Below the pieces are notes generated by a model, which worked only from the letters and a program-made list of their open reading frames with translations, was not told the origin of the DNA and searched no databases. Below are positions 38,450-50,960 of a stretch of 64,000 bases of DNA, piece after piece. Each line of letters opens with the position of its first letter. Position 1 is the stretch's first letter. This DNA comes from Octopus vulgaris (lineage: Eukaryota): the NCBI GenBank assembly GCA_951406725.2, contig OX597833.1, forward strand, positions 43,462,001 through 43,526,000, written 5' to 3'. The position numbers and the translations under genes were made by a program.

Positions 38450-38905
38450 CTTCCACGTTACCAGTGTTCGGTCCTTCTTTCTTGGTTCAACTACCATCCA
38501 TGCAACATTTATATTCCTTCTTATGCCTGTCATCTCTTATGTCCCTGCCGAAAGGCTTCACTTCCACACATGCCAGCTTAATTTAGTTCGTCCTTAGTCG
38601 AAAGACACCTGCTGTATTTGTGTACCATTTCTCCGTTTTTCTCCGTCCTTGTTTTCGTATGCATTCGCTGCTTTCTCCTAAGGAATCTAGTGCTCTTAGC
38701 TTAGATTTTCCTTAGGGCTGGCCAGATTGGAGCAATCTCGAATATAACCAGCCGAAACTGCAAAGATAATCTGGAACTCGACTGAGGAAAGAAAACTCCG
38801 AATGACCCGTCCTTGTTTTTTCTTGTCCCTTTTTGTATCATCTAACTGTCTGGATGTTTTGTTGTCGCCAGTTGCGTTCTTGTCCCATTTTTTGTATCCT
38901 TATAT
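38450..38905 (+). mobile_element. Family 1 non-autonomous PLE-like repeat, second copy
   Basis: Homologous to 855-1232. Confidence 0.7.
38703..38797 (+). ncRNA. Candidate reverse-permuted hammerhead ribozyme (family 1)
   Basis: GGCTGG/CCAGCC, CCAGATT/AATCTGG, GCAAT-C-TCGA, GAAA-CTGC (one mismatch), TCGA-CTGAGGA. Confidence 0.65.
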
Positions 38906-39094
38906 ATACATATATTTGTGTGTGTGTGTGTGTGTGTGTGTGTATCTGTGTGTGTATGTGTGTGTGTGTGTGCGTGTGTGTGTGTGTGTATACATAGTTA
39001 ATCCAAACATGGACAAAGAGAAAACACAACAACGCGAGGACGTGGAACAAGTATAGTATTAGTGGACGTTCAGGAAAGGAAAGAAAGAAGGAGG

Positions 39095-39129
39095 ATTTAA
39101 CGTTTCGAGCGAAGCTCTTCGTCAGAAAT
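39095..39129 (-). ncRNA. Minimal dimer-type hammerhead in solo pLTR (~38995-39200)
   Basis: ATTT-CTGACGA-A-GAGC-TTC-GCTC-GAAACGTT/AAAT; stem III is the loopless palindrome ACGT. Confidence 0.8.
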
Positions 39130-39208
39130 ATAGAAAAGAAAAAAGTCCAAGGAAGGGAAGATGGAGAAAGAAAATCGCCAACGATACACCCGCGGTCACA
39201 TATATATA

Positions 39209-39254
<46 letters not shown>

Positions 39255-39257
<3 letters not shown>

Positions 39258-39465
39258 TCTACTCTTTTATTTGTTTCAGTCATTTGACTGTGGCTATGCT
39301 GGAGCACCACCTTTTTTAGTCGAGCAAATTGACCCCAGGACTTATTCTTTGTAAGCCTAGTACTTATTCTATCGGTCTCTTTTGCCGAACCGCTAAGTTA
39401 CGGGGACGTAAACACACCAGCATCGGTTGTCAAGCGATGTTGGGGGGACAAACACAGAGACACAA

Positions 39466-39501
<36 letters not shown>

Positions 39502-39778
39502 AAATATATATATATATATATATATATAAGTATTTGAGTAGTTGAATGAATTATCTTATTATGGATAATTCGGTTAACCGATACCTGGGTAGCAAATTCA
39601 CGGCAGAAAAACACGGTTGAAGCTACATGCCAAGGGCAGAGATCACGTGCTTTCGTCTGGAAATTTGTGTTTTTTTTTAATACAAATAAATGAAAGAATG
39701 GAGTTGAACGACGAATTAACAAAATTCCTTTATTCTCGACATATGTTTCGAAGGCTGCATATTCCTAATTTCGAAGAA

Positions 39779-39852
<74 letters not shown>

Positions 39853-40016
39853 GACGGGCTTCTTTCAGTTTCCGTCTACCAAATCCACTCATAAGGCTTT
39901 GGTCGACCTGACACTATAGTAGAAGACACTTGTCCAAGGTGCCACGCAGTGGGACTGAACCCGGAACCATATGGTTCGTAAGCAAGCTAACTACCACACA
40001 GCCACTCCTACGCCTT
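39255..40016 (-). mobile_element. SINE family A split by a PLE-terminus insertion (39530-39780) in its microsatellite
   Basis: Tail 39255-39530, head 39850-40016; the insert carries an HHR 3' half, GAAACATATGTC, on the minus strand. Confidence 0.75.
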
Positions 40017-40924
40017 AAGAGAATATTTTATCTTGATTTTTTTTATGTAGTCGACTTCCGTTAATTTCATATCATGTACTACTTTTCCGTGATCCTCTTT
40101 CATTTAACCTAGATATTTGAGTTGTTTTTTTTGGGGTTTTTTTTTTTTTTGCATTTTTTTCTTTGTGCATTTTGCATTTCTGATCTTTCTGGTGCCTTGG
40201 GATAGATATCAACGGATATGAGTTTGTTTTCTGGAGAACTGAAGCAGCAAATTTACCATTATGTTGTCTTAGTCATTTTGCCCCGGCCAAATTTGTTTTT
40301 TAAATGCCCAAAGGGAACGGCGATAACTCTCTGAAGTTGCGATACGATTATGTTACAATGCTTTTAATGCATTTAGAGAAGGTCATTTGCTTAGCTGATG
40401 TAGTTCTTGTAAGGTAGTGAACATTTGTGAGAAATATATTATGTCTTAAAGTCAAAAGTGTAATAAAAACACCCTCATTTTGCTCCACCCCTATATATTT
40501 ATAAATACACACGCATATATATGCGAATTTGCGTTTTACACACGGGAATTCATGAGCGATTTAGTTGTTATTTTTAGCACCATCACCTGATTCCTTACAC
40601 CCTCCATTGTCACTCCGACATTTATTGATGTTTTTCAATACTTTTCTCCCCATAAATACATTTAATGGGATGACGATGCACCTAAATGTGACACATTGTT
40701 GGGATTTAAGCAAAAAACCCGGACTGTCCGTACTTTAAACTTTCATTTTTTTAAATTCGGAAAGGAGTGGAACGTTTAAGGTGGGGTTTCAAAACTTTTT
40801 TAAAATTTTTTTCTTTTTTCATAATCATATGATTTCCTGTCTGTAGAACACAAATTCGCAAAAACTTTCTGAAAATTTCACCCCCAAAAAGTCATGATGT
40901 GTTATATGGGGTTCTTAAACCAGA

Positions 40925-41165
40925 ACTCCACCGCGACGATTTCATCTCAGTCGAAGGAGAGGGGCTTTCTCCGACCGGGTTGCGGATCCGTGGAATAAGC
41001 TGCCGGACGAGATGGTGAGGATGCCGACGACCGCTCGGTTCAAAGTCTCCCTTGACCACAAGTGGCCTGAACTCTTTGCATGAACACCCTCCCTGTACAT
41101 AACTCCATGTCCTCCTACATGGCCTTGCTTTTTGCTTTTAGAGCCAAAAAATTAACTAACTAACT
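40925..41165 (+). mobile_element. CR1-type LINE 3' end with (TAAC)n tail
   Basis: RRGAFSDRVADPWNKLPDEMV; same family as 50131-50960. Confidence 0.85.
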
Positions 41166-41172
41166 ATATATG

Positions 41173-41227
<55 letters not shown>

Positions 41228-41314
41228 ATGTATGTATGTACGTATGTATGTATGTATAAGTATATGTATATGTATATGTATGTATATATATGTATATGTA
41301 TGTATATATATATA

Positions 41315-41364
<50 letters not shown>

Positions 41365-41366
41365 CC

Positions 41367-42045
41367 CTAGCAGCGATACCCAGCGTTGCTCGGGATTAAA
41401 ATCGTATAGTTTGTTTACATATTACAGTTATGTTGAAACAGGTGATACGGGAAAGTGCAGCATTGACGACAAAACATTTGTGGAGTAAATGATGGGCTAA
41501 TTCGACTAAGCGACATGTAATACGTCCGTTTGGAGGATCCCAGGCCCCTAACTAGTCATGGAAAATTGGGAGTGGTGGGTATGTAATTTTTTAACCCACC
41601 GAAAAGCTGTCAGTGCATATACTAGCCTTTGTGACGGTCAGTGCTGCGTCTAACACGACACATCCTATAGTTGACAGTCAAATGAATAGAAGTGTAATGG
41701 AGACATTGTACGTAAATGAGCACATTCCGGAAACGGGCTGCAATGGGAGACGGCAACGGGAAAGTAAACTGTTGAAATGTTGCAGAAGGCAAAGGGTTGA
41801 CAATGGATTGCTAGTGTGGCTGTAGAATAAGAAGCATAAAGTGAGCCTATGAAGTCACGTGAGCCTATGGAGTCACATGAGAATGAATTACTTGAAAAAA
41901 TAAGGCATAATGGCTTACCGCATGGTATGTATATAGTATGTTTGCATTTTTGTATTCAGTGTAAATTAACGAAATAGAAGCACATGTATGGAGCTGCTAA
42001 TTTAACAGTAAATGCCGCAATAATTATTACAGAGAGACAAAGAAT

Positions 42046-42055
<10 letters not shown>
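41367..42055 (+). mobile_element. Non-autonomous Helentron/Helitron-like element
   Basis: Begins CTAGCAGCGATACCCAGCGTTGCTCGGG; ends GAGAGACAAAGAATTTTAT; flanked by (TA)n. Confidence 0.5.
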
Positions 42056-42087
<32 letters not shown>

Positions 42088-42094
42088 TAGATAT

Positions 42095-42157
<63 letters not shown>

Positions 42158-42299
42158 TAGATATAGCTTCAATTTCTTAATGTAAGGGAAAATATGTAAT
42201 TGTAAATACATTGCAATCTTACATCTGCTGCGATAATTATTAACTGTAATGGAACAGTATATGAGTATTTTTATATATATACCTTGAACCTTGCCACCT

Positions 42300-43370
42300 C
42301 TAGCACTTACATACATATATTCAGGCATGTCAGTCGTCACATATGTATATGTAGATGTGTGTGTGCGTGTGTGTGTGGTTGTTACGTATGTAACGTGGAA
42401 ACATACACACTCACAGACACATACACGCTCATACACTCACAGGCAGATGCACACTCATATACAAAATGTGACGTCGTCGTCGTCGTGGTATATAATATTC
42501 CTGGCATACACCCACACACATATACTAAGATAGCCACACAGGGACATACAATAATGTATGTCAGTCGTTACACATGTATATGTGGAGATGTGTGTATGTT
42601 TAATAATGTACCTAACGCGGAAAGACATACACACACTATGAAACATATATACCCTTATACACTTACATACACTCACAGACAGGTACAGAGTCATATACAA
42701 AATGTGATGTGTTGTCGCCGTGGTATAAAATGTCTTGTTGACAATAGAAAGATTATCACTATGAAATGTTATATTGTTTTAAAGGAAATGAAAATAAAAT
42801 TTCATATTGACATTGACCAGCGCTCACATACATATATCAAGATAGAACTTCGTATTGACACTAGCATATAGTTAGGTAGACACACACAGGCATACATTCA
42901 CGCATTCAGTCTTCACATATGTATGTGTAGATGTGCGTGCGTGTGTTTAATAACGTACCTTTACACATGTACTCTTACATATGTTTAGATGTGTGTATGT
43001 TTAATAACGTATCTAACGCAGAAAGACACACACACTGAGACATACACACACTCATACACTTACACTCGCAGACTGATACACAGTCATATACAAAATGGGA
43101 TGTCATTGTCGTTGTGGTATAAAATGTCCTGTTGACAATAGAAAGATTATCTCTGTCAAATGTTATATTGTTTTAATCGAAATGAAATTTAAATTTCGTA
43201 TTGACACTGACCAGCCCTCACATACATATAGTATGTTTAATAACGTACCTAACTCGGAACGACACACATACGCACTGTGAGACATATACACACTCATACA
43301 CTTACGCACATACATTAATAGACAGATATATAGTCATATAGAAAATGTGACGTCGTTGTCGATGTCGTGG
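42300..43370. repeat. Diverged tandem array of ~200-400-bp CA-rich units
   Basis: Recurrent GTAGATGTGTGT..TTTAATAACGTACCTAACGC, CATATACAAAATGTGA.GT and GACAATAGAAAGATTATC. Confidence 0.7.
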
Positions 43371-43780
43371 CTAGAATTAAAAGTAAAAGTATAAAAGTTA
43401 ACAATATATCACATTACAATATAAATGTTATTCTTTCACTTTTATTCTTTGACTTTTGACACGTAATACCAAATAAGTGCCAATATAGCACTGTTTTAAT
43501 GCAAATGACAAAAAAAAAATGACACGTTGACACTCACGGGATTTGATACTATTGGCATGTAAAATTTGATTTGATTTGGCTGAATCGTTTGAGAAAGAAT
43601 TGTCAACAGTCAGAGAGAGACAAAGGATTATACACAGACACACACACACACATTTATTAATTCATAATAGAATATAAGGATAAAAATCACATTAATGACT
43701 TTTATCAGGTAGTCAGTATGCTATAAGAATTTATAGGCAATTTATACATTAAATTTATAACGATATACATATGTATATTA

Positions 43781-43902
43781 TTATATTAAGGGAGGAAGGG
43801 CAAAAAAGAACTATCTTCAGCATGCTTGAAGTGCCAATACCTTCACCGACACTACAAGTATGCTGAAGATAGGTCGTTTTCATCCTTGCTCCCTTGATAT
43901 AA
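43781..43902. repeat. ~120-bp fold-back palindrome in TA-rich context
   Basis: CTATCTTCAGCATGCTTG and CAAGTATGCTGAAGATAG plus outer arms. Confidence 0.8.
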
Positions 43903-45197
43903 TTATATACATATATACATTATTATTAATTATATATATGTGTGTGTGTGTTTATACATAGATACATACATACAAACGCATATAACAATTGCCTTGTGTA
44001 TTTACCAAACACACAAGTTATCGGTCAACATGGGTCTATAATAGAACACATTCGAACATGATGCTACTAATCTAGAAACCTTATTTTGAAGCAAAGTTAA
44101 TCCCGTATCATACAGTCATATTTCCGCCAAATACCCAATCTTTCTGCTGTTTTCACGGCTATACTGCGTTCGAAATATCACTTCCTTGTCTGTACAATGC
44201 GATACACATTCGACGCTTCCAAAACTAAAGCAAAAAATTTATTTACATTTTATAGAAAAGTACTTCCAAGAAGAGAATAGTTATTTTGTGCGTACATTTT
44301 CCGTTTCCTGCCTTTCTATGACCCTCATCCAAGCTCTCAAACTTCTAAGTGATTAAAAACAATCCCAACTCATATACCACTTACCAGCTCACGCATGTCA
44401 CTTCAGCACTTACTAGGAAGAGCCTATATATCAGAACAGAACGTGCAATTATATTAATAAATTTGTAGTATAATACTCTGAGACCCACTTGTGAAGAGAA
44501 AACTCGCACTCCTTTAATATCCAGCTTACACGTTGCGTTTTTTAAGACCTTGCGTAAATCCCAGTGGTCCCGGTTTCAAATCCCATGCTCTAAGTTTCGA
44601 CTCTGGAAATTATGGTAAGCCTAATTATAGGACTGGTTGATTAGGGCCGACTTAGGACTAAATAACCAATCCCCACCATTATCACCATCATCATCATGGC
44701 CCGGCTTCGCGAACGAAGATCAGGAAGGCTGTCCACGTCGCGTGCAAGCACACTCATGACTGACCGTTAAATTAACCACCAATGCTGATCAGACCTGGTT
44801 GCGGACCGTGATGTCTGGCGCCACAGGATCTTCAGCGCAGTCAGCAAGTTTGAGGAACAAAGAAGAGACGCACTTAAATACAAGAGACGCAGGAGGAAGG
44901 CGCGAGCCGCCTCTGACATCACACCGGATGTTACCTTCGTCTGTGGACACTGCTCACGGACCTGCCTTCCCCCCCCCACCACCACCATTATACGCCTATA
45001 ATAATTACACCACCATCACTATCAGTATCACCACAATCATTACCATCATCACTATCAATACTCATATCAGTCTCTCAACCACTAAGCTACTTTATTTCAT
45101 GAAAATTCGCCATTAAGACATTACATAGAGGGGACATACAAACATATAGGGTGAAGTAACTTAAAACGTTTTAGTATTTACATATAATAGGTACAGT

Positions 45198-45775
45198 ATT
45201 TATTTCTTTACTACCCACAAGGGGCTAAACACAGAGGGGACAAACAAGGACAGACAAAGCGATTAAGTCGATTCCATCGATCCCCAGTGAGTAACTGGTA
45301 CTTAATTTATCGACCCCGAAAGGATGAAAGGCAAAGTCAACCTCGGCTGGGTACAGTATTTACAATATAAAGTTTACAAATTTAATGTTACATAGTAGGG
45401 CTGGGTAGAACCTTTACTTCTTGATCCGACCACACTTACCTGGTGCCAAACATACCCAGCTTGCAAGCCACAGGCTTCCATCTTTTCACAAACATATCTC
45501 GTGATAGACACCTCTTCTCCAGCTTCAGCTACTTAACATACCTATTTCTTTATTACCCACAAGGGGCTAAACATAGAGGGGACAAACAAGGACAGACATA
45601 GGTATTAAGTCGATTACATCGACCCCAGTGCGTAACTGGCACTTATTTAATCGACCCCGAAAGGATGAAAGGCAAAGTCGACCTCGGCGGAATTTGAACT
45701 CAGAACGTAACGGCAGACGAAATACAGCTAAAGCATTTCACCCGGCGTGCTAACGTTTCTGCCAACCCGCCGCCT
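45198..45775 (-). mobile_element. Two SINE family B copies (45198-45348, 45541-45775)
   Basis: Reverse complement of family B. Confidence 0.85.
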
Positions 45776-45994
45776 AACATACCGTCTTCTTCGGCTTGAC
45801 ACTATCGAGGTCAACACAAAAATATATCTAACTCATTTTGCAATTTGTGATTTCGCTCTGTTTAGTGCAGTGTTTCTTAACCATTTTTTAATCTATGAAC
45901 CCATTTGATATTTATTTTGACTGAATGTATCCTTCTAACCATCTGATGTTAAAAAAAAAAATCATATTATATTTTTATAATTAAATATTCGGAG

Positions 45995-46521
45995 TTTTAC
46001 TCTTTTACTTGTTTCAGTCATTTGACGGTGGCCATGCTGGAGCATCGCCTTTAGTCGAGCAAATCGACCCCAGGACTTATTCTTTGTAAGCCTAGTACTT
46101 ATTCTATCGGTCTTCTTTTGCCGAACCGCTAAGTTACGGGGACGTAAACACACCAGCATCGGTTGTGAAGCGATGTTGGGGGGGACAAATACAGACACAC
46201 AAACACACACACACACACACGAATTTTCTACGCCAGTGACTGTGGTTACTGTGAAAATCTATATATATCTGGCCTGTACAGGAAGTCCCTCAGCGAAGAA
46301 CGGTGCTTGCCATGCGCTGACAAGAGGCAAATACCTCGAAACCGGTCCGTGTGTAGCATCCGTATCTTCGGTGAGGCTGATCTCCCTTTGCAGGCTAGCA
46401 AGGACACCGTGATGGTGTCGGCTCTTCTGGTGACGTCGATAGTCGCCTGGGGCTAAATGCATCAGTAACACCCCCACCACCCCGCCCTGTCCCTAGCCAC
46501 ATTCAGATGGCTGATCCCGCT

Positions 46522-46552
<31 letters not shown>

Positions 46553-46840
46553 CGACGGGCTTCTTTTCAGTTTCCATCTACCAAATCCGCTCACAAGGCT
46601 TTGGTCGGCCCGAGGCTATAGTAGAAGACACTTGCCCAAGGTGCCACGCAGTTGGACTGAACCGATGCTGGTGTGTTTATGTCCCCGTAACTTAGCGGTT
46701 CGGCAAAAGAGACCGATAGAATAAGTACTGGGCTTACAAAGAATAAGTCCCGGGGTCGAGTTGCTCGATTAAAAAGAAAAAAAAAAAAAGCGGTGCTCCA
46801 GCATGGCCGCAGTCAAATGACTGAAACAAGTAAAAGAGTA
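45995..46840. mobile_element. SINE family A pieces (minus tail, insert, minus head, plus tail)
   Basis: Homology to family A; orientation switch at ~46660. Confidence 0.75.
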
Positions 46841-47001
46841 TATATTCTTCAGTAAAAAAAAAAAAACAATAGAAAATGTGAATATGTTTGTGTTCAGGGA
46901 TATATGGCCGATCAGCATGTAGTTTGTCTACCCCTGTCCTAACAAAGGAAGTGAAAAAGTCAAGTCGTTCCCGCCTCAGGAAACACAAAGGAAACTAAAT
47001 T

Positions 47002-47024
47002 AGCAGCAGCAGCAGTAGTAGTAA

Positions 47025-47082
<58 letters not shown>

Positions 47083-47155
47083 GGTGGTGGTGGTGGTGGT
47101 GGTGGTGGTAGTAGTAGTACTAGTGGTGGTGGTGGTAGTAGTAGTAGCGGTGGTG

Positions 47156-47208
<53 letters not shown>

Positions 47209-47395
47209 TGTAGTGGTGGTGGTGGTGGTAGTAGTATTAGTGGTGGTGGTGGTGGTGGTGGTTGTGGTAGTAGTAGTGGTGGTGGTGGTGGTGGTGGTTG
47301 TAGTAGTAGTAGTAGTGGTGGTGGTGGTGGTGGTTGTAGTAGTAGTGGTAGTGGTGGTGGTGGTTGTAGTAGTAGTAGTAGTAGTGGTGGCGGCG

Positions 47396-47478
<83 letters not shown>

Positions 47479-47518
47479 GGTGGTGGTTGTAGTAGTAGTA
47501 GTAGTAGTGGTGGCGGCG

Positions 47519-47551
<33 letters not shown>

Positions 47552-47638
47552 ATGGTGGTTGTAGTAGTAGTAGTGGTAGTAGTAGTAGTAGTAGTGGTAG
47601 TAGTAGTAGTGGTAGTAGTAGTAGTAGTAGTGGTGGTG

Positions 47639-47708
<70 letters not shown>
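47002..47708. repeat. ~700-bp compound (GTA)/(GTG) trinucleotide repeat
   Basis: Direct reading; source of the poly-T/V/Y ORFs. Confidence 0.95.
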
Positions 47709-47709
<1 letters not shown>

Positions 47710-47773
47710 CATCATCATTGTTCGACCGTGGTCGAGACAATGGAATTTACCATGTTGCGCCAGACTTCACGGT
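47709..47773 (-). mobile_element. RTE-like LINE extreme 3' end
   Basis: Reverse complement of 55082-55146 (ACCGTGAAGTCTGGCG...CGACCACGGTCGAACAATGATGATGA). Confidence 0.75.
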
Positions 47774-48096
47774 ACAACAATGTCCAGCAAACTGGACTCT
47801 CCTACCCTTCACAAGAGATGACACAGGTAGTAGTAGTAGTGATGGTGGTGCTGATGCTGGCGGCAGAAGTGACAACAGCAGCGGCAGTTGGATGAGGAAG
47901 CTTAAGTATGATAAATGGAATTCTACAAGTGGTGACGATATCATGTTGTTGTTTAAGTTAGTTTTTTTTTAAAGAAGTAACCGAAGCGTACGTTACATAA
48001 TAGGTCCTCCCTTTTCTGTTCTTATTTGATGAACATTTACTTGCTACAACCAGCCAAACGAATGAACACTTATGTTCGTGAAGATAACTCTGGACT

Positions 48097-48655
48097 ATGT
48101 GTGTGTCTTTGTGTGTGTTTTGTGTATGTGTTTGCTTTGTGTGTTTTGTGTATGTGTGTGCGTGTGTGTGTGTGTTTGTTTGCTTTGTGTTCGAGTGTAT
48201 GTGTATGTGTGTGTGTGTGTGTGTTTTGTGCGTTTTGTGTATGTGTGTTTGTGTTTGTGTGTTTGCTTTGTGTGTGTGTTTTGTGAATATGTGTGTGTTT
48301 TTTGTGTGTGTGTGTGTGTGTGTTTGCTTTGTGTGTATGTGTGTGTGTGTGTGTGTGTTTGCTTTGTGTGTATGTGTATGTGTGTGTGTGTGTTTTGTGT
48401 ATGTGTGTTTGTTGTGTGTGCGTGTGTTTGCTTTGTGTGTGTGTGTGTTTTGTGAATGTGTTTGCTTTGTGTGTGTGTGATTTTTTGCGTGTGTTTGTTC
48501 TGTGTGTGTGTGTGTTTTGTGTATGTGTGTTTGTTTTATGTGTGTGTGTTTTTGTGTATGTGTGTGTGTGTTTTGTGTCTGTGTGTATGTGTGTTTGTTT
48601 TGTGTGTGTGCGTGCGTGCTTGCTTTGTGTGTGTGTGTGTGTGTGTGTGTTTGCG
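48097..48655. repeat. Degenerate (TG)n-rich tract
   Basis: Direct reading. Confidence 0.9.
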
Positions 48656-49169
48656 CGCGCTAGTAATTTTAGGTATGTTTAACATCACAGTAACTTCTGA
48701 TTGAAGTCAATTATTATTTCCATCACCATCCCCCACCACGACGATGGAAGAAATGTTACAGGCATCGGGGAAAAAACGCATTTCATTTGTTTTTTCCCGT
48801 TCTTAATTCACATTATACCGAAGTCGACCTTGGTTTTCATCTTTTCGGTTGGGCACTGACGTCGATGTTGGTGTGTTTACATCCCCGTAACTTAGCGGTT
48901 CGGCAAAAGAAGACCGATAGAATAAGTACTAGGCTTGCAAAGAATAAGCCCTTGGGTCGATTTGCCCGACTAAAGACGGTGCTCCATCATGGCCACAGTC
49001 AAATGACTGAAACAAGTAAGAGAATAAAAGAGTATTTAATCTCGCACTCTTACATCTCTCACTACACAATTTTTCGTAGAATTGGAGACAATTTATGCAT
49101 ATTTTATAATGGTTTAATCATGTAGCTACAAGCTACGTCTGAGGCATCTGCAAGTACTTCTGAGACAGT

Positions 49170-49335
49170 CAGGGTTGGCCCTAGGGTTGATGGCGCCCCG
49201 AGCAAGCTGAACTTTGGCGTGTGCAAGCTGTCGGTCGTGGAAATTTCTTTGCCTTTGTCACGCCCTCCTTGGCGCCCCCTAGCACATGGCACCCTGAGCG
49301 ACTGCCCAAGTTGCCCGTACCTTGAGCCGACCCTG
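49170..49335. mobile_element. hAT-type MITE, 166 bp
   Basis: TIRs CAGGGTTGGC/GCCGACCCTG; perfect 8-bp TSD GAGACAGT (49162-69, 49336-43). Confidence 0.9.
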
Positions 49336-49561
49336 GAGACAGTTGAGATTGATATAGTTGATGTTCGGGTAGAGCTATGATCAATGGAATTCCATCAATG
49401 ACAATCTCGACTTAGTTCCCAACACCGTGTGCCGTGAACAACACTATTCAACGTATCCCCTTTTTTTCATTGGTAAGGTGAGATTTAGAAAGATTTTGGT
49501 TACTATTCTTGATAGTACAATTCTATATATAACCCCTAAAATTCACTCCATAATAGCCCAC

Positions 49562-49623
49562 GGGCATATGGCATAGTGGTTAAGAGCGCGGGCTACTAAC
49601 CCCAAGATTCCGAGTTCGATTCT
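49562..49623 (+). other. Isolated tRNA-like SINE head
   Basis: TGGCATAGTGGTTAAG (A box) and GAGTTCGATTC (B box); no 3' acceptor strand. Confidence 0.55.
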
Positions 49624-49768
49624 GAATAATAATAATAATACCTTAGGAATGAGAACCCAGGATCGAAATTTCCCCAAGATAGCTGGAGGGTATATCAAAC
49701 AAGATGAGGACAAATATCTGTCAAATGTAAATAATAGGTCAAGCAAAGTAGATGTGGGGACAAATTAC

Positions 49769-50048
49769 GATCAACCTCCAGTGTTTGGCCTTGAGCAAAA
49801 AAAAAAAAATAGTGCAACAGGTGTAAAACAACATGTAGTAAAGGAATATGAAAAAAATGCGCGCTGGTGAATGGGGGGCGGGGAAGAGGACTCGGAAAAT
49901 TTACATCGGGAATATTTCGAGTCCTCTCACCCTCCGACCCCCCCCCCGTTCGGCAGCGCGCATTTTTTTTCCTATTCGTCTATTACATGTTGTTTTACAC
50001 CTATTGCACTATTTTTTTTTTGCTCGGGTCAAAGACTGGAATTTGACC
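49769..50048. mobile_element. Fold-back MITE, 280 bp, 8-bp TSD
   Basis: Arms of ~130 bp; TSD CAAATTAC at 49761-68 and 50049-56. Confidence 0.88.
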
Positions 50049-50130
50049 CAAATTACAAGTTCATAAGAACCTGTGGGAGCACTTCTATCATGAGAAAAAA
50101 TAACAAAACTTTATATATATATATATATAT

Positions 50131-50960
50131 GTTAGTTAGTTAGTTAGTTAATTTGGCTCAAAAGCAAATAGCAAGGCCATGTAGGGGGGCATGGAGTTAA
50201 GTACAGGGTGGTGTTCATGTAAAGAGTTCAGGCCACCTGAGGTCCAGGGAGGCTTTGAACAAAGCGGTCGTCGGCATCTTCACCATCTCATCTGGCAGCT
50301 TGTTCCACGGATCCGCAACCCGGACGGAGAAAGCTCCTCTCCTTCGATTGAGATGAAATCGTCGCAGGTAGAGCTTTTCGGAATGACCCCGCAGCCGACG
50401 CTCCGGAGCAGGAGTGAAGAACAGCTCTTTCGAGAGGTTACACTTCCCGCTTATGATGTTGTGGGCGAGAATGAGATCACCACGGCGGCGGCGTTTTTCA
50501 AGAGAATAAAGGTCGAGCTTCCTCAGCCTTTCTTCGTAGGACAAATTTTTGAGACCATGAACCAGGCGGGTAGCCAGCCTCTGGACTCTTTCGAGGTGCT
50601 GTATGTCTTTGAGGAGATAAGGAGAAGAGGCTTGAATCCCATACTCCAATATGGGTCTCACCAGCGTGACATAGAGTGGCAGGAATATGGCTGCTATGAG
50701 CACTCCGAATGACCGTCGAATCAAAAACAGAATTCCGCGCGCTTTGTTGGCAGCATGGACGCACTGGGCCGAAGGCGAAAAGGAGGAATCCACCAAGATA
50801 CCCAGGTCCTTTACCTGATCGGTCCTCTCCAGCAGCAGACGACCCGGCTCGAAATCAAGTTGAGTTGTAGGAGTAGAGCCGACAGGCAGATGACAGCACT
50901 TTGACACGTTCAGACACAGGTCCCAATCGTTAGACCACTTCCAAATTTGGTGGAGGCATC
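50131..50960 (-). mobile_element. CR1-type LINE, 5' truncated; ORF2 C-terminus open (50215-50907), (TAAC)n tail
   Basis: VKDLGILVDSSFS, LYVTLVRPILEYG, LERVQRLATRLV, RRRRGDLI, RVADPWNKLP. Confidence 0.93.

Noticed and set aside
49562-49623. tRNA gene
   Set aside because: It has A and B boxes but lacks the 3' acceptor strand; more likely a SINE head.
50191-50712. 173-aa plus-strand ORF
   Set aside because: Antisense shadow of the CR1 ORF2.
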